This document shows, piece by piece, positions 31,986-43,635 of a stretch of 64,000 nt of DNA (position 1 is the stretch's first letter; each line of letters opens with the position of its first letter). The translations under genes and the position numbers were made by a program. The DNA is from Cyanidioschyzon merolae (lineage: Eukaryota). Under the pieces are notes generated by a model. It did not search any database and had not been told where the DNA came from. It saw only the letters and a program-made list of their open reading frames with translations. The stretch lies in NCBI GenBank assembly GCA_000091205.1, contig AP006497.2; one strand, 5' to 3'.

Positions 31986-33014
31986 GCGCTCGACTCCAGA
32001 GCAAGCGCTCACTGAAGAAACGCCACCGGGTAGGGCATCTATGCAGCGAACCATAATCCTCAGAGCGAAGTCTGGAGACTGGTGTGTGGAACACGGTGGA
32101 TCTGGTGCGGAATGATATCTGCTTCCGTAAATGCCGATTGGAATCGAGACATTTAGGGATCCCCTATAAGATTCAAGGATCCTGCGCTACTGAAGAACAA
32201 CTTGCGGGGACTCACCGAGGATCCATCGTCGTGTCCGAACGATCGCGGCGAAGGATGCAAACGCATGATCTCCCCAGTCACGCATAATGCCACGGACGGA
32301 AGGTGCATAAGATATTTCGATTCCAGTTCTATTCGTGCACGCATGAGCTCCCTAGTCACGCATAATGCCACGGAGTAAAAGTACACAACGTATCTAGATT
32401 CCGGTTTACTTCTTGCGCTTCTTGTTCATACTGTTGCAAGGCGAAATCGTCGGTGTTCGCAGTTATTCACGGGTATAACGCCGAAATTTGCGATACCCTG
32501 ACGCTTACCGGTGGGCGGGAGCCCTCCTGTGGACACACTCGGCGATACTCGGTGCATGGGCTGTAGATCACAGGCGGACGATCGTTAAAGGTCGCTGTGA
32601 TTTTAGTGTTGCCCATACCTCTACGCGTGGAAGTCATCCCCAGAGGGCGGCTCTCGAGCGCGCTGCCCTCGGTGACTCGGAGCGGCGCATGGTCTCCGCA
32701 CTGGTAGCGATGATGCAGGAGCATCACTCGAGCGCAACCTGTGTACGCCCCTCTCGGGCACCAGTCTGCGTAAATCTACCAGAAAAATATTCGATCGTCT
32801 CTGCCGTAGGTGTCTTGCTCGACAGTGCGGTCAGCGCGGTGCATTGGATGCGCGGAGCTGCCCCTGGGATGGTCCGCTTGGTTTCGGGTTGTGCGCGGGT
32901 CTTCCAGTGACCCCTCGCGTCCACAGAAGCATCAGGCCGGTGTCACGTAGAGCGCTCCAGTTGCTGCGAGCCTGTGGATCCTGCACTAGCCGAGCACCGA
33001 CTGGGCGCTCAAGG

Positions 33015-35336
33015 TTACAGCGGGGATCGTCCAGTGTCTGTATCACGGTGGTAGTCGAAGGGCTCATTGAAAACGCATCCAACTTGACCCCGTAGATATC
33101 TCTCCATGAGATCCCTGGTTGAAGCGTTGAACTCTTCCGAAATGGGGCGGCCGAAGTAGCGGCTTTCGTTCAGCTGCTTTCGGACACGCTTTGCGAGCAC
33201 CTTTCCGAGTTCGACGCCCCACTGGTCGAATGAATTGATGTCCCAGATGAAACCCTGGACTGCCGTGCGATGCTCATAGAGCGCGAGCAACTGGCCAGTG
33301 GCGTACGGATCCAGCCTCTGCAGCAGCAGCGTCAGACTCGGCCTGTTGCCAGTCGTCACGAGATGCGGAATCAGCCATTCGGGGCGGCCCTCTGCACGAC
33401 ACTCCGCCGCTGTTTTGCCGTACGCCAGAGCATCTGGCTGGGCGAAAAAGTTCGCCATGAGCTCGTCTGCATTGCTGACCGGCTCACCCTCGATGCACAG
33501 CGGGTACTGGGACTCGATGAAGCCAATAAAATCGCAGGGTACCGTCTGCCCCATATGCAGCAGCTGGAAAAACGAGTGCTGGCCGTTGGTGCCGGGCTCT
33601 CCAAAGTCGATCTCACCGACCGCGTAGTCGACGTCGTCGCCGCGCAGCGTCACGTGCTTACCGTTGCTCTCCATGTCAACCTGCTGGATATGAGCGGGGA
33701 ACTTGAGAAGCGCCTCTGCGTAAGGATGCAGCGCCCGGCTCTTGTAGCCGAGAAAAGACAGGTTCCAGACGCCGAGAAGCCCCATGATCACCGGCAAGTT
33801 CCCCGCCAGCGGACTAGCAACGTCGTAAAAGTTCGCATCAACAGAGCGCGCGCCCTCTAGAAATCGCAGGAACGTGGGGAAGCCGTACTGAATCGAGAGC
33901 GGCAGCGCTCCGACCGCAGAGCACACGGAATACCTACCCCCGACCCAGTCCCAAAACTCAAAAGTGTTCCGCGGGTCGATCCCGAACTTCTCCACCATCG
34001 GCACGTTGCTGCTGCAGGCAACCATGTGGAGCCGCACGACCTCATCCGAGCGCCCCATTTCGGACCAGAGCCATTCGCGCATCGCCCGTGCATTCAGAAG
34101 CGTCTCCGCGGTTGTGAACGACTTGCTCACGATCACTATCAGCGTCTCCTCCGCCGACAGATCCTGCGTGCAGCGCTTGATATCCACAGGATCCACGTTG
34201 CTGAGAAAATGAAGGTGCCGCCCCCGCGCCGCCTCAAACGCCTCCGGATCCGTCCGAAACGCCTCGTGCACAAAGTCTGGCCCCAGATACGAGCCGCCAA
34301 TCCCCACAGCGATGACGCTGCGAAGCGGCTTCCCCGTGGCGCCGCGATGCTCCCCGCTGCGCACCCGCTCGCTGAACTCACGCACGTGATCGAGCACCCG
34401 CCACACGTCACGAACAACGTCCGTACCGTCGACAACAAGGCTTGCGTTCCGCTCCGCGCGAAGCGCCGTATGCAGCACGGCGCGCCGCTCGGTCACGTTT
34501 ATGTGCGCGCCGGACTGCATCGCGCGGATCTTATCCACCAAACGCGCACGACGCGCTAGCGCGAAAAGTAGCTCAATCGTATCCTTCGTCACCCGCTGCC
34601 GCGAGTAGTCGAGGTAGATCCCGTCATACTCAGCGCGCAGAGAACGCACGCGATCGACGTCCTGCATCAGCTCCCGCAGGTGCAAACGATCGATCTCAGA
34701 TGCATGCTCCACCAGCCGTCTCCACTCGGCAGTCTCCGAGATGAGGACGTAGTCGGTCGGCACCGGCAGTGGTGGCGGCGTTTCCGAAGGAAGCCGCCTC
34801 CCAACGGTGTAGCTCCCGCGAACGTCCCCCGCTGTGCAACGCGGAAACGCACGTCTCCGCAAAAGCCCAGCAGACCCGTGGTGCGGGTACAGCGCCCTGG
34901 ATCGGCGCGATCCAGCTACCCCACCCCGAAGCGGCCACCCAGGCACGACAAAGGCGCTCATCAGGCGAACACTCTCCCAGCAAGCAAAGACCAGGTGCAC
35001 ACTATTGCGCACTGCACCGCGCAGCGAGCTTTCAACTGGCGTCCGCTTCTTGGGCGATTCGCCTCCGGCACGCGCGGCAGGCGGGTGCAGCTGCGAGGGC
35101 GCGGCCAACGGATCAGCGACTCGTTGATAGACTTTCACCTGAATTGCGTTCCATACGCAGGTGCGTGCCATCAACTGCTCTTTCGCCGCTGATGAGAGAC
35201 GCGTTCCGCGTGCGTGCCTTAGCAGAAATAAAAAATCTAGGGGAAGGTATGGGCATGGAAGTCGGAGATCAAAGGCGGTCGCCATGGCCGGCTTCTTGAG
35301 GGAAAGGACGAAAGAAATCCTGGTCTCGCCGACCAT
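33015..35336 (-). CDS. Glucose-6-phosphate isomerase, copy B
   Basis: Identical 773-aa ORF to 18715-21036. Confidence 0.85.
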   Translation of the reverse strand: MVGETRISFVLSLKKPAMATAFDLRLPCPYLPLDFLFLLRHARGTRLSSAAKEQLMARTCVWNAIQVKVYQRVADPLAAPSQLHPPAARAGGESPKKRTPVESSLRGAVRNSVHLVFACWESVRLMSAFVVPGWPLRGGVAGSRRSRALYPHHGSAGLLRRRAFPRCTAGDVRGSYTVGRRLPSETPPPLPVPTDYVLISETAEWRRLVEHASEIDRLHLRELMQDVDRVRSLRAEYDGIYLDYSRQRVTKDTIELLFALARRARLVDKIRAMQSGAHINVTERRAVLHTALRAERNASLVVDGTDVVRDVWRVLDHVREFSERVRSGEHRGATGKPLRSVIAVGIGGSYLGPDFVHEAFRTDPEAFEAARGRHLHFLSNVDPVDIKRCTQDLSAEETLIVIVSKSFTTAETLLNARAMREWLWSEMGRSDEVVRLHMVACSSNVPMVEKFGIDPRNTFEFWDWVGGRYSVCSAVGALPLSIQYGFPTFLRFLEGARSVDANFYDVASPLAGNLPVIMGLLGVWNLSFLGYKSRALHPYAEALLKFPAHIQQVDMESNGKHVTLRGDDVDYAVGEIDFGEPGTNGQHSFFQLLHMGQTVPCDFIGFIESQYPLCIEGEPVSNADELMANFFAQPDALAYGKTAAECRAEGRPEWLIPHLVTTGNRPSLTLLLQRLDPYATGQLLALYEHRTAVQGFIWDINSFDQWGVELGKVLAKRVRKQLNESRYFGRPISEEFNASTRDLMERYLRGQVGCVFNEPFDYHRDTDTGRSPL

Positions 35337-35713
35337 GGAGCGAAGAAGCGCAAGTGACGAAGAAGAAGAGAGGCACAGGGGCGGCAGGCGAGAAGAGGGG
35401 TTCGCCCGATGAGACTGCGACGAGACTGTACTGGGAGAGGGGGCACGAGATCGAGGAACTCTCGCAATATCGAGTTCATGCAGAGGAAATATAGAGATGG
35501 AGTTCGTGACCTGGGACCTCTATGCCGCCATCAATATCAGGGAATGTGCGGTTCTGGAGACGAGGCCCGCAGAGCCGACGCGATCCAGCATTGTGGGGCA
35601 GCCCCTGAGGCTTGAAGTGCACAAGGCGAAGCTGCAGCCGATGGCAGGGGCTGGTCAGGAACTGCTGGGAGGCGTCTGGGACTGGATATATATTTACCTA
35701 CCATGGTTGTGGA
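35230..35713 (+). mobile_element. 3' fragment of the TnpB/Fanzor-like element, copy 3B (duplicate of 20930-21413)
   Basis: Identical to copy 3A. The sequence diverges from copy A immediately after 'ccatggttgtgga'. Confidence 0.55.
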
Positions 35714-36897
35714 ACATTTTTTTGTTTCGCTTATCTTACACAGTGCGAATTCCGTGATTAGAATTGGGATTCCTGGGCTGCGCAATAGCGGCCGAGGTTC
35801 TGGGGAGTGCCCACAGTTGCGCTCCGCGTATGGGTATGTTCCGCAAAACGGCTGATGCCATTCTTGCCGTTGAAATTTAGGGTTTGGTTAATTCCAACGG
35901 CGTCTTATTTCTGAGTGCCGAACGCGACGATTGCGCTCCCTGTGGCGCTGGGTACGCCATTTTCGCATCGGAGCTGTGCTCTACGATGCTTTGCGAGCAA
36001 ATGGACCTTGGCGGGACCCATATTCATAAACTTCGAATACTTTATATTCTGCACGCGAGTTCCTGATGGTTTTATCTGTTGGCGCGCGATTTGAGTTACG
36101 CGTTCCCAGGCTACTCGCTTGGCTCTAATTTCCGAAAAGACCTGGAATAGCTTTCGTTCATGAGAGACCCAAGCTTCTAGATTAGATCCTCTTTTCCTTT
36201 GACGAGAGCGTCGCTTGCAGTGTTTGAATCTTAGGGGACATATTCTGGTGCACGATGCTGTAGCTTCTGAACTCCCCGCCCCGAGCGCGGGCAATCGCCA
36301 TGACAGCAGATCACAGAACTTCGGAACCTAACAAGTTTTAATCTCTTTCTACTCATTCTTAACCAACGCGTCAGAGGTTTGAAGGCCTGCAGCAGCGAGA
36401 ATTTCTGGTGACGGGGCGCCCCGTTGTCTGAACACAAATGTCCCGCTACGTCCAAGATTTCACGCTCAATGGCTTTGTATGTGTTTCGTCGTGCATGGTA
36501 GGTGCCTTCCACGAGGTGCCTTCCACGAGGTGCCTCCGCAAACTCGAACATTATTCCATATTCATGGAGGAGAAGCGTCCAGGCAACCTCTCTTCTTTCC
36601 ATAAGCTCATAAATTCCGCCACCCTTCGGCGGTTGTCTATCCTTCTGATCAAACTGCAGAACTAGCTTGCGGACCACATATCCGTTTTCCTAATGTCTAT
36701 TTGAGGCTCAGACAAATATTCCGAAAACGCTTGAAAAGCATTCTCTGTGATGAGTGTTACGTACACAATTTCGCGCAGAGGGCTCTCTCATGCAGACGCT
36801 GCCGATCGTTGGAATCATTGCGATTACCTCCTCAAGAAGTTTTTTCCTCTGTTGCTCTATTGAATCGGGAGCGTGAGCTTAGAGTTCGAACAGAGAT

Positions 36898-38922
36898 ATG
36901 ATCTGGGTCGTGGGAGCAGGTTTACTTGCAATATTCGCAGGAAGAAGCCTCTCGAGAAGGGGAAGGGAAAAAGATGATATCGCTCTGAGTACCGAGGAGC
37001 TTCACAAAGCGCCTCCGGCAGTTTTCCTCGAGTGGGGGGACGTGCGAGTGAAAGTTAAAGACAAGCGGCATCCTGCTGGACGCCTCATCTTATCCCATGC
37101 AAGAGGGGTTGCTCGACCAGGTCGAATTCTCGCAATAATGGGTGCTTCAGGTAGTGGCAAGTCCACGCTGTTGCGGGTACTGGCGGGCCGGCTCCCCAAC
37201 TCTGGTGCTTATTCCGTTCAAGGTTACTTGCGGATTCGCATTCGACAAGCCTCTCAGGCAAGGGAGCTCGTGGGGAATACTTCGAACACGGGAAATAGCG
37301 GCAGCACTCAAGCTCCTTTTCGGACTGCGTTTATCGAGCAGGAGGAAAGTTTCTTCTCGCAACTGACAGCTCGCGAGACGCTCGAATTTTATGCGGAGCT
37401 CTTGCTGCCCCGACGACTCAGCAAGAGCGCACGCCAAGCTTTTGTGGAGAATCTTATTTCTGAGCTTGGTCTCGGGCGCTGTGCTGAAACACGTATTGGT
37501 GATGCTCGGAATCCTGGTTTGTCTGGAGGCGAGCGGAAGCGCCTCGCCATCGGCTGTGAGCTTTTTGGTAGCCCGAGTCTCATTTTTGCGGATGAACCTA
37601 CAACGGGCTTAGATGCGAGTCAGGCGCTAAAAGTGATGGAGGTGTTTCGAAGACTTGCCGATGAAAGCCGGACTGTGATTGTGACCTTGCACCAGCCGAG
37701 GAGCAGCATTCTCGATCTCATTGATGATCTCATAATCCTCTGCGATGGTGAGATCGTATATGCTGGTGAGTACAGATTGGCTGCAGAGCACTTTGAACAA
37801 GTTCTTGGCCAACAGCGGCCTGCCGAGTCATCCGTGGCTGAGTGGCTTATAGATGAGGTTTCACCAGACCAGCTTCAACCTGAGCACTCACGTCGAAAAG
37901 TGTCGAAACTTATCGCAGCGGTTCCGATACATCTTTCGATCCCGTCTAATGAACTGGAAGGAACGAAAGCAGTTTCCGAGAGAGCTTTAAAGGTAAGGCT
38001 GCGGCCTGTGGTTCCGCTTCGGACACAAGCCCGGTTGCTGTTGCAGCGCGCCTGGCGACAGGTTTCGAGGGACTGGAAAACAAATTTGGCACGCTTGGGG
38101 TCAACAATTTTCTCAGCGCTTCTTTTCGGATCGATCTATTATCGCCTCGGTCTCAGCCAAGCCGCAGCTCAAGACAGGCTTGGTCTCTTGCAGGTTTCTA
38201 CCATCAATACAGCCATGTCTGCGTTGGTTAAGACATTGTATATTTTCACAGAGGAGCGTTCGATTGCATCGAAGGAGCGCGCGAGGGGAATGTATGATCT
38301 CTCTGTATACATAGCGACGAAGCTGTTGGCAGAAGCTCCCATAGCCGCGGCCTTTCCTGTGCTGTTTGGAATTTTGACGCACCGTCTCTGTGGTTTGCGA
38401 GCCACCCAGGGACGTTTAGGTCGATTCCTTGGCATGCTCACGCTCGAGTCATTCGCCAGCGCGGCCTTCGGGCTCTGCGTTGGCGCTATTGCACCCACAA
38501 CTCAGGCTGCAGTTGCAATTGGACCGGCACTGATGGTTATTTTCATCGTTTTCGGTGGCTTTTTTGTAACAAACCCCCCCTCGTGGGCGCGCTCTATTCC
38601 CGAGATCAGTCTTATTCGATGGGCGTTTCAGGGTCTCGCAGTGAATGAGCTTCGTGGACTCCGTCTGCAGAAGTCAAACACTGTTGGAGAGGCAGATACC
38701 GGTGATGCAATCCTGGCTCGAATGCAGATGAATAACGTCTCTCTAAGCAAAGCGTTCCGGCGGGAGAGCCAAATTCTCTTGGGGTTGTACGCGTTGACGC
38801 TCTCCATGCTGATGCTGCGGGAGAAGTTTGCATCAGAGAGCAAGCAGCTGTTACGTATTCAGATATCGAGTCCCGTGGATCAATTTATATCTGAGAGCGG
38901 CCCTTCAGACACTCGGAATTGA
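36898..38922 (+). CDS. ABCG-family (White-type) ABC half-transporter: N-terminal nucleotide-binding domain followed by a transmembrane domain
   Basis: Walker A 'IMGASGSGKSTLL'. ABC signature and Walker B 'LSGGERKRLAIGCELFGSPSLIFADEPTTGLD'. H-loop 'IVTLHQP'. C-terminal multi-TM region. 674 aa. Confidence 0.88.
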   Translation: MIWVVGAGLLAIFAGRSLSRRGREKDDIALSTEELHKAPPAVFLEWGDVRVKVKDKRHPAGRLILSHARGVARPGRILAIMGASGSGKSTLLRVLAGRLPNSGAYSVQGYLRIRIRQASQARELVGNTSNTGNSGSTQAPFRTAFIEQEESFFSQLTARETLEFYAELLLPRRLSKSARQAFVENLISELGLGRCAETRIGDARNPGLSGGERKRLAIGCELFGSPSLIFADEPTTGLDASQALKVMEVFRRLADESRTVIVTLHQPRSSILDLIDDLIILCDGEIVYAGEYRLAAEHFEQVLGQQRPAESSVAEWLIDEVSPDQLQPEHSRRKVSKLIAAVPIHLSIPSNELEGTKAVSERALKVRLRPVVPLRTQARLLLQRAWRQVSRDWKTNLARLGSTIFSALLFGSIYYRLGLSQAAAQDRLGLLQVSTINTAMSALVKTLYIFTEERSIASKERARGMYDLSVYIATKLLAEAPIAAAFPVLFGILTHRLCGLRATQGRLGRFLGMLTLESFASAAFGLCVGAIAPTTQAAVAIGPALMVIFIVFGGFFVTNPPSWARSIPEISLIRWAFQGLAVNELRGLRLQKSNTVGEADTGDAILARMQMNNVSLSKAFRRESQILLGLYALTLSMLMLREKFASESKQLLRIQISSPVDQFISESGPSDTRN

Positions 38923-39419
38923 CAAGTCCTCTGGAATACACTTATCCAGATCGCATACAATCGGAATCAGCTGATCACTGGCGGACTGTTTTGGAAACGA
39001 TTGTTTCTATTTCGCTCCAAATGGACGCGCTTGAAGAATCCGACCAAATCGGTTGCATCAATGTAATCACCAAATGCTTGTGGAACGGAGAAGCAACTGA
39101 AAGGGAGCTGAGATTTCTGACTGGTAACCAGCGATATTGGTGCGACAGGCGGAATCCAGGTTATTTCACCCAACCACAAAAACATAAACAGATTCTTGCT
39201 CTGTGTGAGCGACCTTCACCCGATCCCACTGTGCGGCTTTTGCCGAGCTTCAACGAGATTCCTGCATTCTAGATGGTGACTGTTGGACGTGAGCAACGGA
39301 ATAGAGACTTCAAACTCCAGCGACAGTGGTCACGAGCGTGGTGCTCCGGAAGCGAAAGGTCCATGTGATGCTGGAATTTTTCATGGCCTTTGATCCAAAA
39401 CACATGTCAGTAAACGGAA

Positions 39420-40670
39420 AAGTTTCGCTATCAAGGAGTGCGTGCATATGCCGACGCGCAGAAGCCTCCCAGCCTTTTTGCCCGACACTCTGCAAATGGC
39501 TTCAGTTTCACCACAGACACTTCGAGCCTGAGACGCTGTCCCACAAAGTTTGCTGTCGTCTGCTCCTCGAGTCTCGTCTTCAGCATCGCATACCGTCCGA
39601 TGTTGAAGGCGAGGATGAGGTCTCGGTTCATGAACTCCTTGCGTTTATTGCCTCTTGTGGAGCTCAACTTTGTAGGGATTCCTAGAGACGACGCCCTTGG
39701 TGCCACTGCAGTTTTGTTATCGTCCCGTTGGGCAAACACTTTTTTCTCGCCTATCTCCCTTCATCATCTTCTGCTCCTTCGTCACTTGCTCTTCTCCGTT
39801 CGATGGTCGGCGAGAAGAGGAATTTTTCGTTCTTTTTGCCCTACTCGGGGATTATGGCTTCTCAGGATCCTCTACTTACGTTTCCGTCACTTTCCCTAGG
39901 ATTTTTCATTTCGTCAAATGAACGCAGTTGTCTATGCCCTTGGGTTGGTACATTCCCCGAGCGAGAAGGACTTGAGGAGGATGGACGACTTGTGTCCAGG
40001 CGGCACCGTTTGGTAAGAGCGTCACCGATTGGTCTTTGAGCGATCATTATTTGTCACGATAGAAAGCACTGATTTGATGGGGTTGAACCTCGAAGCGGAC
40101 AGAGGGATCAAAAGCTGCTCTAGCCCGATATAATCGACATAAGCTCGTACGCAAGATGGAATGCGAAGTGTCACGTGGTTCAATAGAGAAACGTCTGCAG
40201 ACGTGAGGAAAAGTCTTCAGTGATTCGGCAAAGTGGGTTCTGTTGTATGAGTCCTCTGAACGAGCGAAACTGAGGCCGCCATTTGGATCCACTTCATCTA
40301 GAGAAGAATACGATATCGTTGTTCTCTGCGCATCCGATTGTACATATACCGGGCTGCCTACTCCGCGAATACGCATATATGCTCCGACAGTTTCATCCGG
40401 AGAAATTCTCTTCGACTGAAGAAACAAACCGACGTCCTCATACCTCATTCCGATCGCAAAGTTCCAGAAACGCTGAAGTCGCGATTCGCTGGAAGGTGGC
40501 CGTGCTTGAACCAGAACTGTTATCTTCTTGGCTGTATTCCAGTGTTCTCAGGACAAGAAAAACACGCTGATGAGACAAAATGACGTCCGTGGCGGATACT
40601 ATCGTCGCTTCTGCTTTTCCTAAAGTGATCAACGGGTTGTTCTGTAGCATAGACCGCAACTGCACTTTGA
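39420..40670 (-). mobile_element. Degraded TnpB/Fanzor-like element, copy 4
   Basis: Minus-strand ORFs 40438-40665 ('NNPLITLGKAEATIVSATDVILSHQRVFLVLRTLEYS'), 40047-40448 ('DVGLF...GGLSFARSEDSY...FAESLKTFP...YRARAAFDPSVRFEVQPHQISAFY') and 39431-39739 ('EFMNRDLILAFNIGRYAMLKTRLEEQTTANFVGQRLRLEV') align with copies 1 and 2. Confidence 0.5.
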
Positions 40671-40699
40671 GAGCATGGCGTTTTCGCGCAGAACGAATG

Positions 40700-40820
40700 C
40701 ATGCTTTTTTCAGTGCTCCTCACCCATCTGAGTACTGCAATATGACTGATCTGACGGAGAAATGCAGCCTTAGTTGCAATATTCAGGAAAAAATATCCTA
40801 CGGGCAATTCGTCTTCGATC
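40700..40820 (+). repeat. Roughly 100-bp dispersed repeat, copy I4, abutting the 5' end of TnpB-like copy 4
   Basis: 'catctgagtactgcaatatgactgatctgacggagaaatgcagccttagttgcaatattcaggaaaaaatatcctacgggcaattcgtcttc' matches I1, I2 and I3. Confidence 0.6.
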
Positions 40821-42417
40821 TATAGGGTTATATCGCATCGTAATCTCGATCTCCTGCGATACACCACAGCGGGGTCGAACAAAACTGAGTTGAAAGACAA
40901 TAATAAAACAGTGATCGTATCAGATCAACATGGAATGCAGAACTCATTGCTCTGTTCCTGCCTTACCATTCTCTTCCGAACATTTGTTTGTATGTTAACC
41001 CTCGACATTCCAAGTGTATCGATCAAGGCTTCCGCATTCGCGAACAGTTTCAGGATCCTAAGTCGCCTCCTCGGAGTGGCTCCAACGCTTTCGCGCTGAT
41101 ACTCGTTACCTCAACTGATTCAAAATGATTCGAGGCGCATTCTAAAACTGGTTCTTCATATAAGCCACACTATTATCCATCTCATAAGAACAAACATGTA
41201 GTCTTCGCTTTTCTGTATGAGAAAGACGCTCAAATCAGGGATTCCTAAAATTTTCGATCGCTCCACTTCAAGGCAACTGTCGGGCTTTGCAATGCGCTTC
41301 GCAAAATTGACGAGGAAAATAATTCGACATCATTCTTTGACGACTTTTTCATAAGCTCATGCCAAAGGCTCACAGAAATATGCACATCAAGTAACCGATT
41401 CCGTCCAACGGCAAATTATCCGCTCTTTGTTACCACCCACGAGAAGGAACTCGACACTGGTACGGCACCTCTCGTGGGATATGCTCTCAGAGGCTACCGT
41501 CTGTTGAGTTTACTTGGAAATGGTTCTTGGACTCTGAAGTGAAGAATCGCAGCGATTTCTTCCAGTGGAGTGGTCGTCATCTTTTTGCTCGAACGGAGCC
41601 TAGACGGATCGAAACATCTCGACTTTTTCTGTAACTTGGATATTCCTTTTGGTACTTGTTTAGACAAGGACAATTTCTAGCTCCACAAATCCTCTTTCGA
41701 GTGGACGGCGTTCACATCAGTATACATGGAACAACGCACTCGCCGAAGGGAGTCGCCCAGAAGAAGCCCGTGATCGTAGTGCACGGCGGCGAAGGCGAAA
41801 ACGGTATGGGACACCAAGTGCAGTCTTCTGTGCCAATTACAAGCATGCACTGTGTAATGAAAGAAGCCCTAGAGCGCCACAAGGCGCCTACTGTCCCCGA
41901 GGCGGAGTGGTGGACAGTTTTGAAAACCCGATAACATTCAAGAGTTATCCCTAACAGGGTCGCATGAACACTGTACGCGAAATGGACGAAAATGGCAAGC
42001 GAAGCGTGAATCGCTTGCTCTAGCTGTTTATGAAATGCGTCGACAACATCTTGGAGCGGTGAGATCGCGATATGAACGTGGTCATCAACATCCATCTACT
42101 CATGGCGAGGGCGCTGGAAGGAAAGGAGATACTGGCGCGTTTCAGACTGGATGTATGAGATAGAAAAAGAAACCAGTGGCTCTAAAGGCCTAAAATGACT
42201 TTTGTTGATTAGGATGGGACGTGGAACAGACTTAAGAGTGTGCGCCTACGTTAGAGAATATGTTTCGTTTCATTCTGGAAAGCGTCTAGTTCGAAATCCA
42301 CTCAAATCGTCAATTCGGTATCCAATTTGACCGCCTCAGTAACGCTGGCTACGCCGCGGCGCTGTGTAGAGATTCAACTTTGTTTCGATACTGTCGCTTG
42401 AAACGCTCACGAGAAAG

Positions 42418-43635
42418 ATGAAGCGCTCAGCGTCAAAACGCTCCACTGCCTGCAGACTCTGCATTTTTTATCTTTTGATATCTATGGTTATTCAGCACGC
42501 GCTGCTTTTACAGCAGCCCGTCTCTGCTACAGAAGGAGCTGGACTATTGGGGAGTCCTCGTGTTGCGGCTGAGTCGCAGCCGGCAGAGAACCCCCACACG
42601 CCGCACTCGGGGCAAACTGCCAGTGGCCAGTCTCAACAAGCTGAAGCAGCTCAGCGTCTCGGTCGTGAAAATGCTAGCGAGGGCTCTTTAGAGGAAAGTG
42701 ATGAAGATGAACTCGATGGAGAGCTATGGCGCCTGCGTGAGAAGACGAAGGAACTAGAGCAGCAACTTGCGCGTCTCCAGAAAATTATTGAGGAGAAAAG
42801 CAGTTCGGAAAACTCTCTTCTGGAACAACTCACGCGGCTGACAGAAGATAGGAAAAATCAAGAACAGAACCGGCTCGATCTTGAGGCACAACTGGAGCAC
42901 GTTAGAGCTGAACTAGCTGAGCTTCAGGCGCGACCCACTCCGGAACCAGATCTGGCTCGTTTAGACCTGATTGCTGTGGTCCGAGCGAAAGCCCATTATC
43001 GTTCAAAGCAAATTATGGGAGCGCTCGAGCGACGCGGAGTTTCCGGACGTGCGCGGAAGTTGCGGCGTCTAGTGGCTCGGACTGGCCGTCACGCTGCGCG
43101 CAGTCTTCGTGCACTGAGGAAAAAGGCCAAGCCCCATTTGAAACGTCTTCGGCGTTTGTTACGTGCGACGGGCCGGGTGACATCCCGCCGAATCCGAATC
43201 GTAGCGTATAAGCTTGAGCCGCATTTGAGGGTCATATTCGCACGTGGCGCCGTCCTGTTTCACAAAACCGCAGCGAAGGTTAGCCGCTCTGTCCCTCCAA
43301 GCCAGCTACAACGCCTCCAGAATATTTACCACACCGTTTTGGCGCGTTTGCTGGACTTTAGACGTTGCTATAGGAAGCAAATGAAACTCGTCCCAGAATA
43401 CACAACAGCTGAGCACGGGAATGGCTACGCATCCACCTTTGAACGCGCGGTCTTCCTCAAAGAGAACGCGCGAATTGCAGCATGGTGCTTCTGGCAAGCA
43501 GACTCGACATCTCGAGTGATTCTTATGGGCGCTTTCTGGATGTCTATGATGTTCGTCTGGATGAGTATGGTCATTCTGGTTGTGATTGGACGCCTGGCAT
43601 CCAAAACTTTGCGCATACTTATCCCCGGGAGATAG
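42418..43635 (+). CDS. Hypothetical protein: signal peptide or anchor, coiled-coil region, Arg-rich region and a C-terminal TM helix
   Basis: 405-aa ORF. N-terminal hydrophobic stretch 'LCIFYLLISMVIQHALLL'. Heptad-like 'ELWRLREKTKELEQQLARLQKIIEEK'. C-terminal 'VILMGAFWMSMMFVWMSMVILVVIG'. No family assignment. Confidence 0.4.
   Translation: MKRSASKRSTACRLCIFYLLISMVIQHALLLQQPVSATEGAGLLGSPRVAAESQPAENPHTPHSGQTASGQSQQAEAAQRLGRENASEGSLEESDEDELDGELWRLREKTKELEQQLARLQKIIEEKSSSENSLLEQLTRLTEDRKNQEQNRLDLEAQLEHVRAELAELQARPTPEPDLARLDLIAVVRAKAHYRSKQIMGALERRGVSGRARKLRRLVARTGRHAARSLRALRKKAKPHLKRLRRLLRATGRVTSRRIRIVAYKLEPHLRVIFARGAVLFHKTAAKVSRSVPPSQLQRLQNIYHTVLARLLDFRRCYRKQMKLVPEYTTAEHGNGYASTFERAVFLKENARIAAWCFWQADSTSRVILMGAFWMSMMFVWMSMVILVVIGRLASKTLRILIPGR

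Larger units (their letters stand above)
28199..35713. repeat. Copy B of the 7515-bp direct repeat
   Basis: Identical to 13899-21413 except for the transketolase patch 28620-29230 and the microsatellite. Confidence 0.85.
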
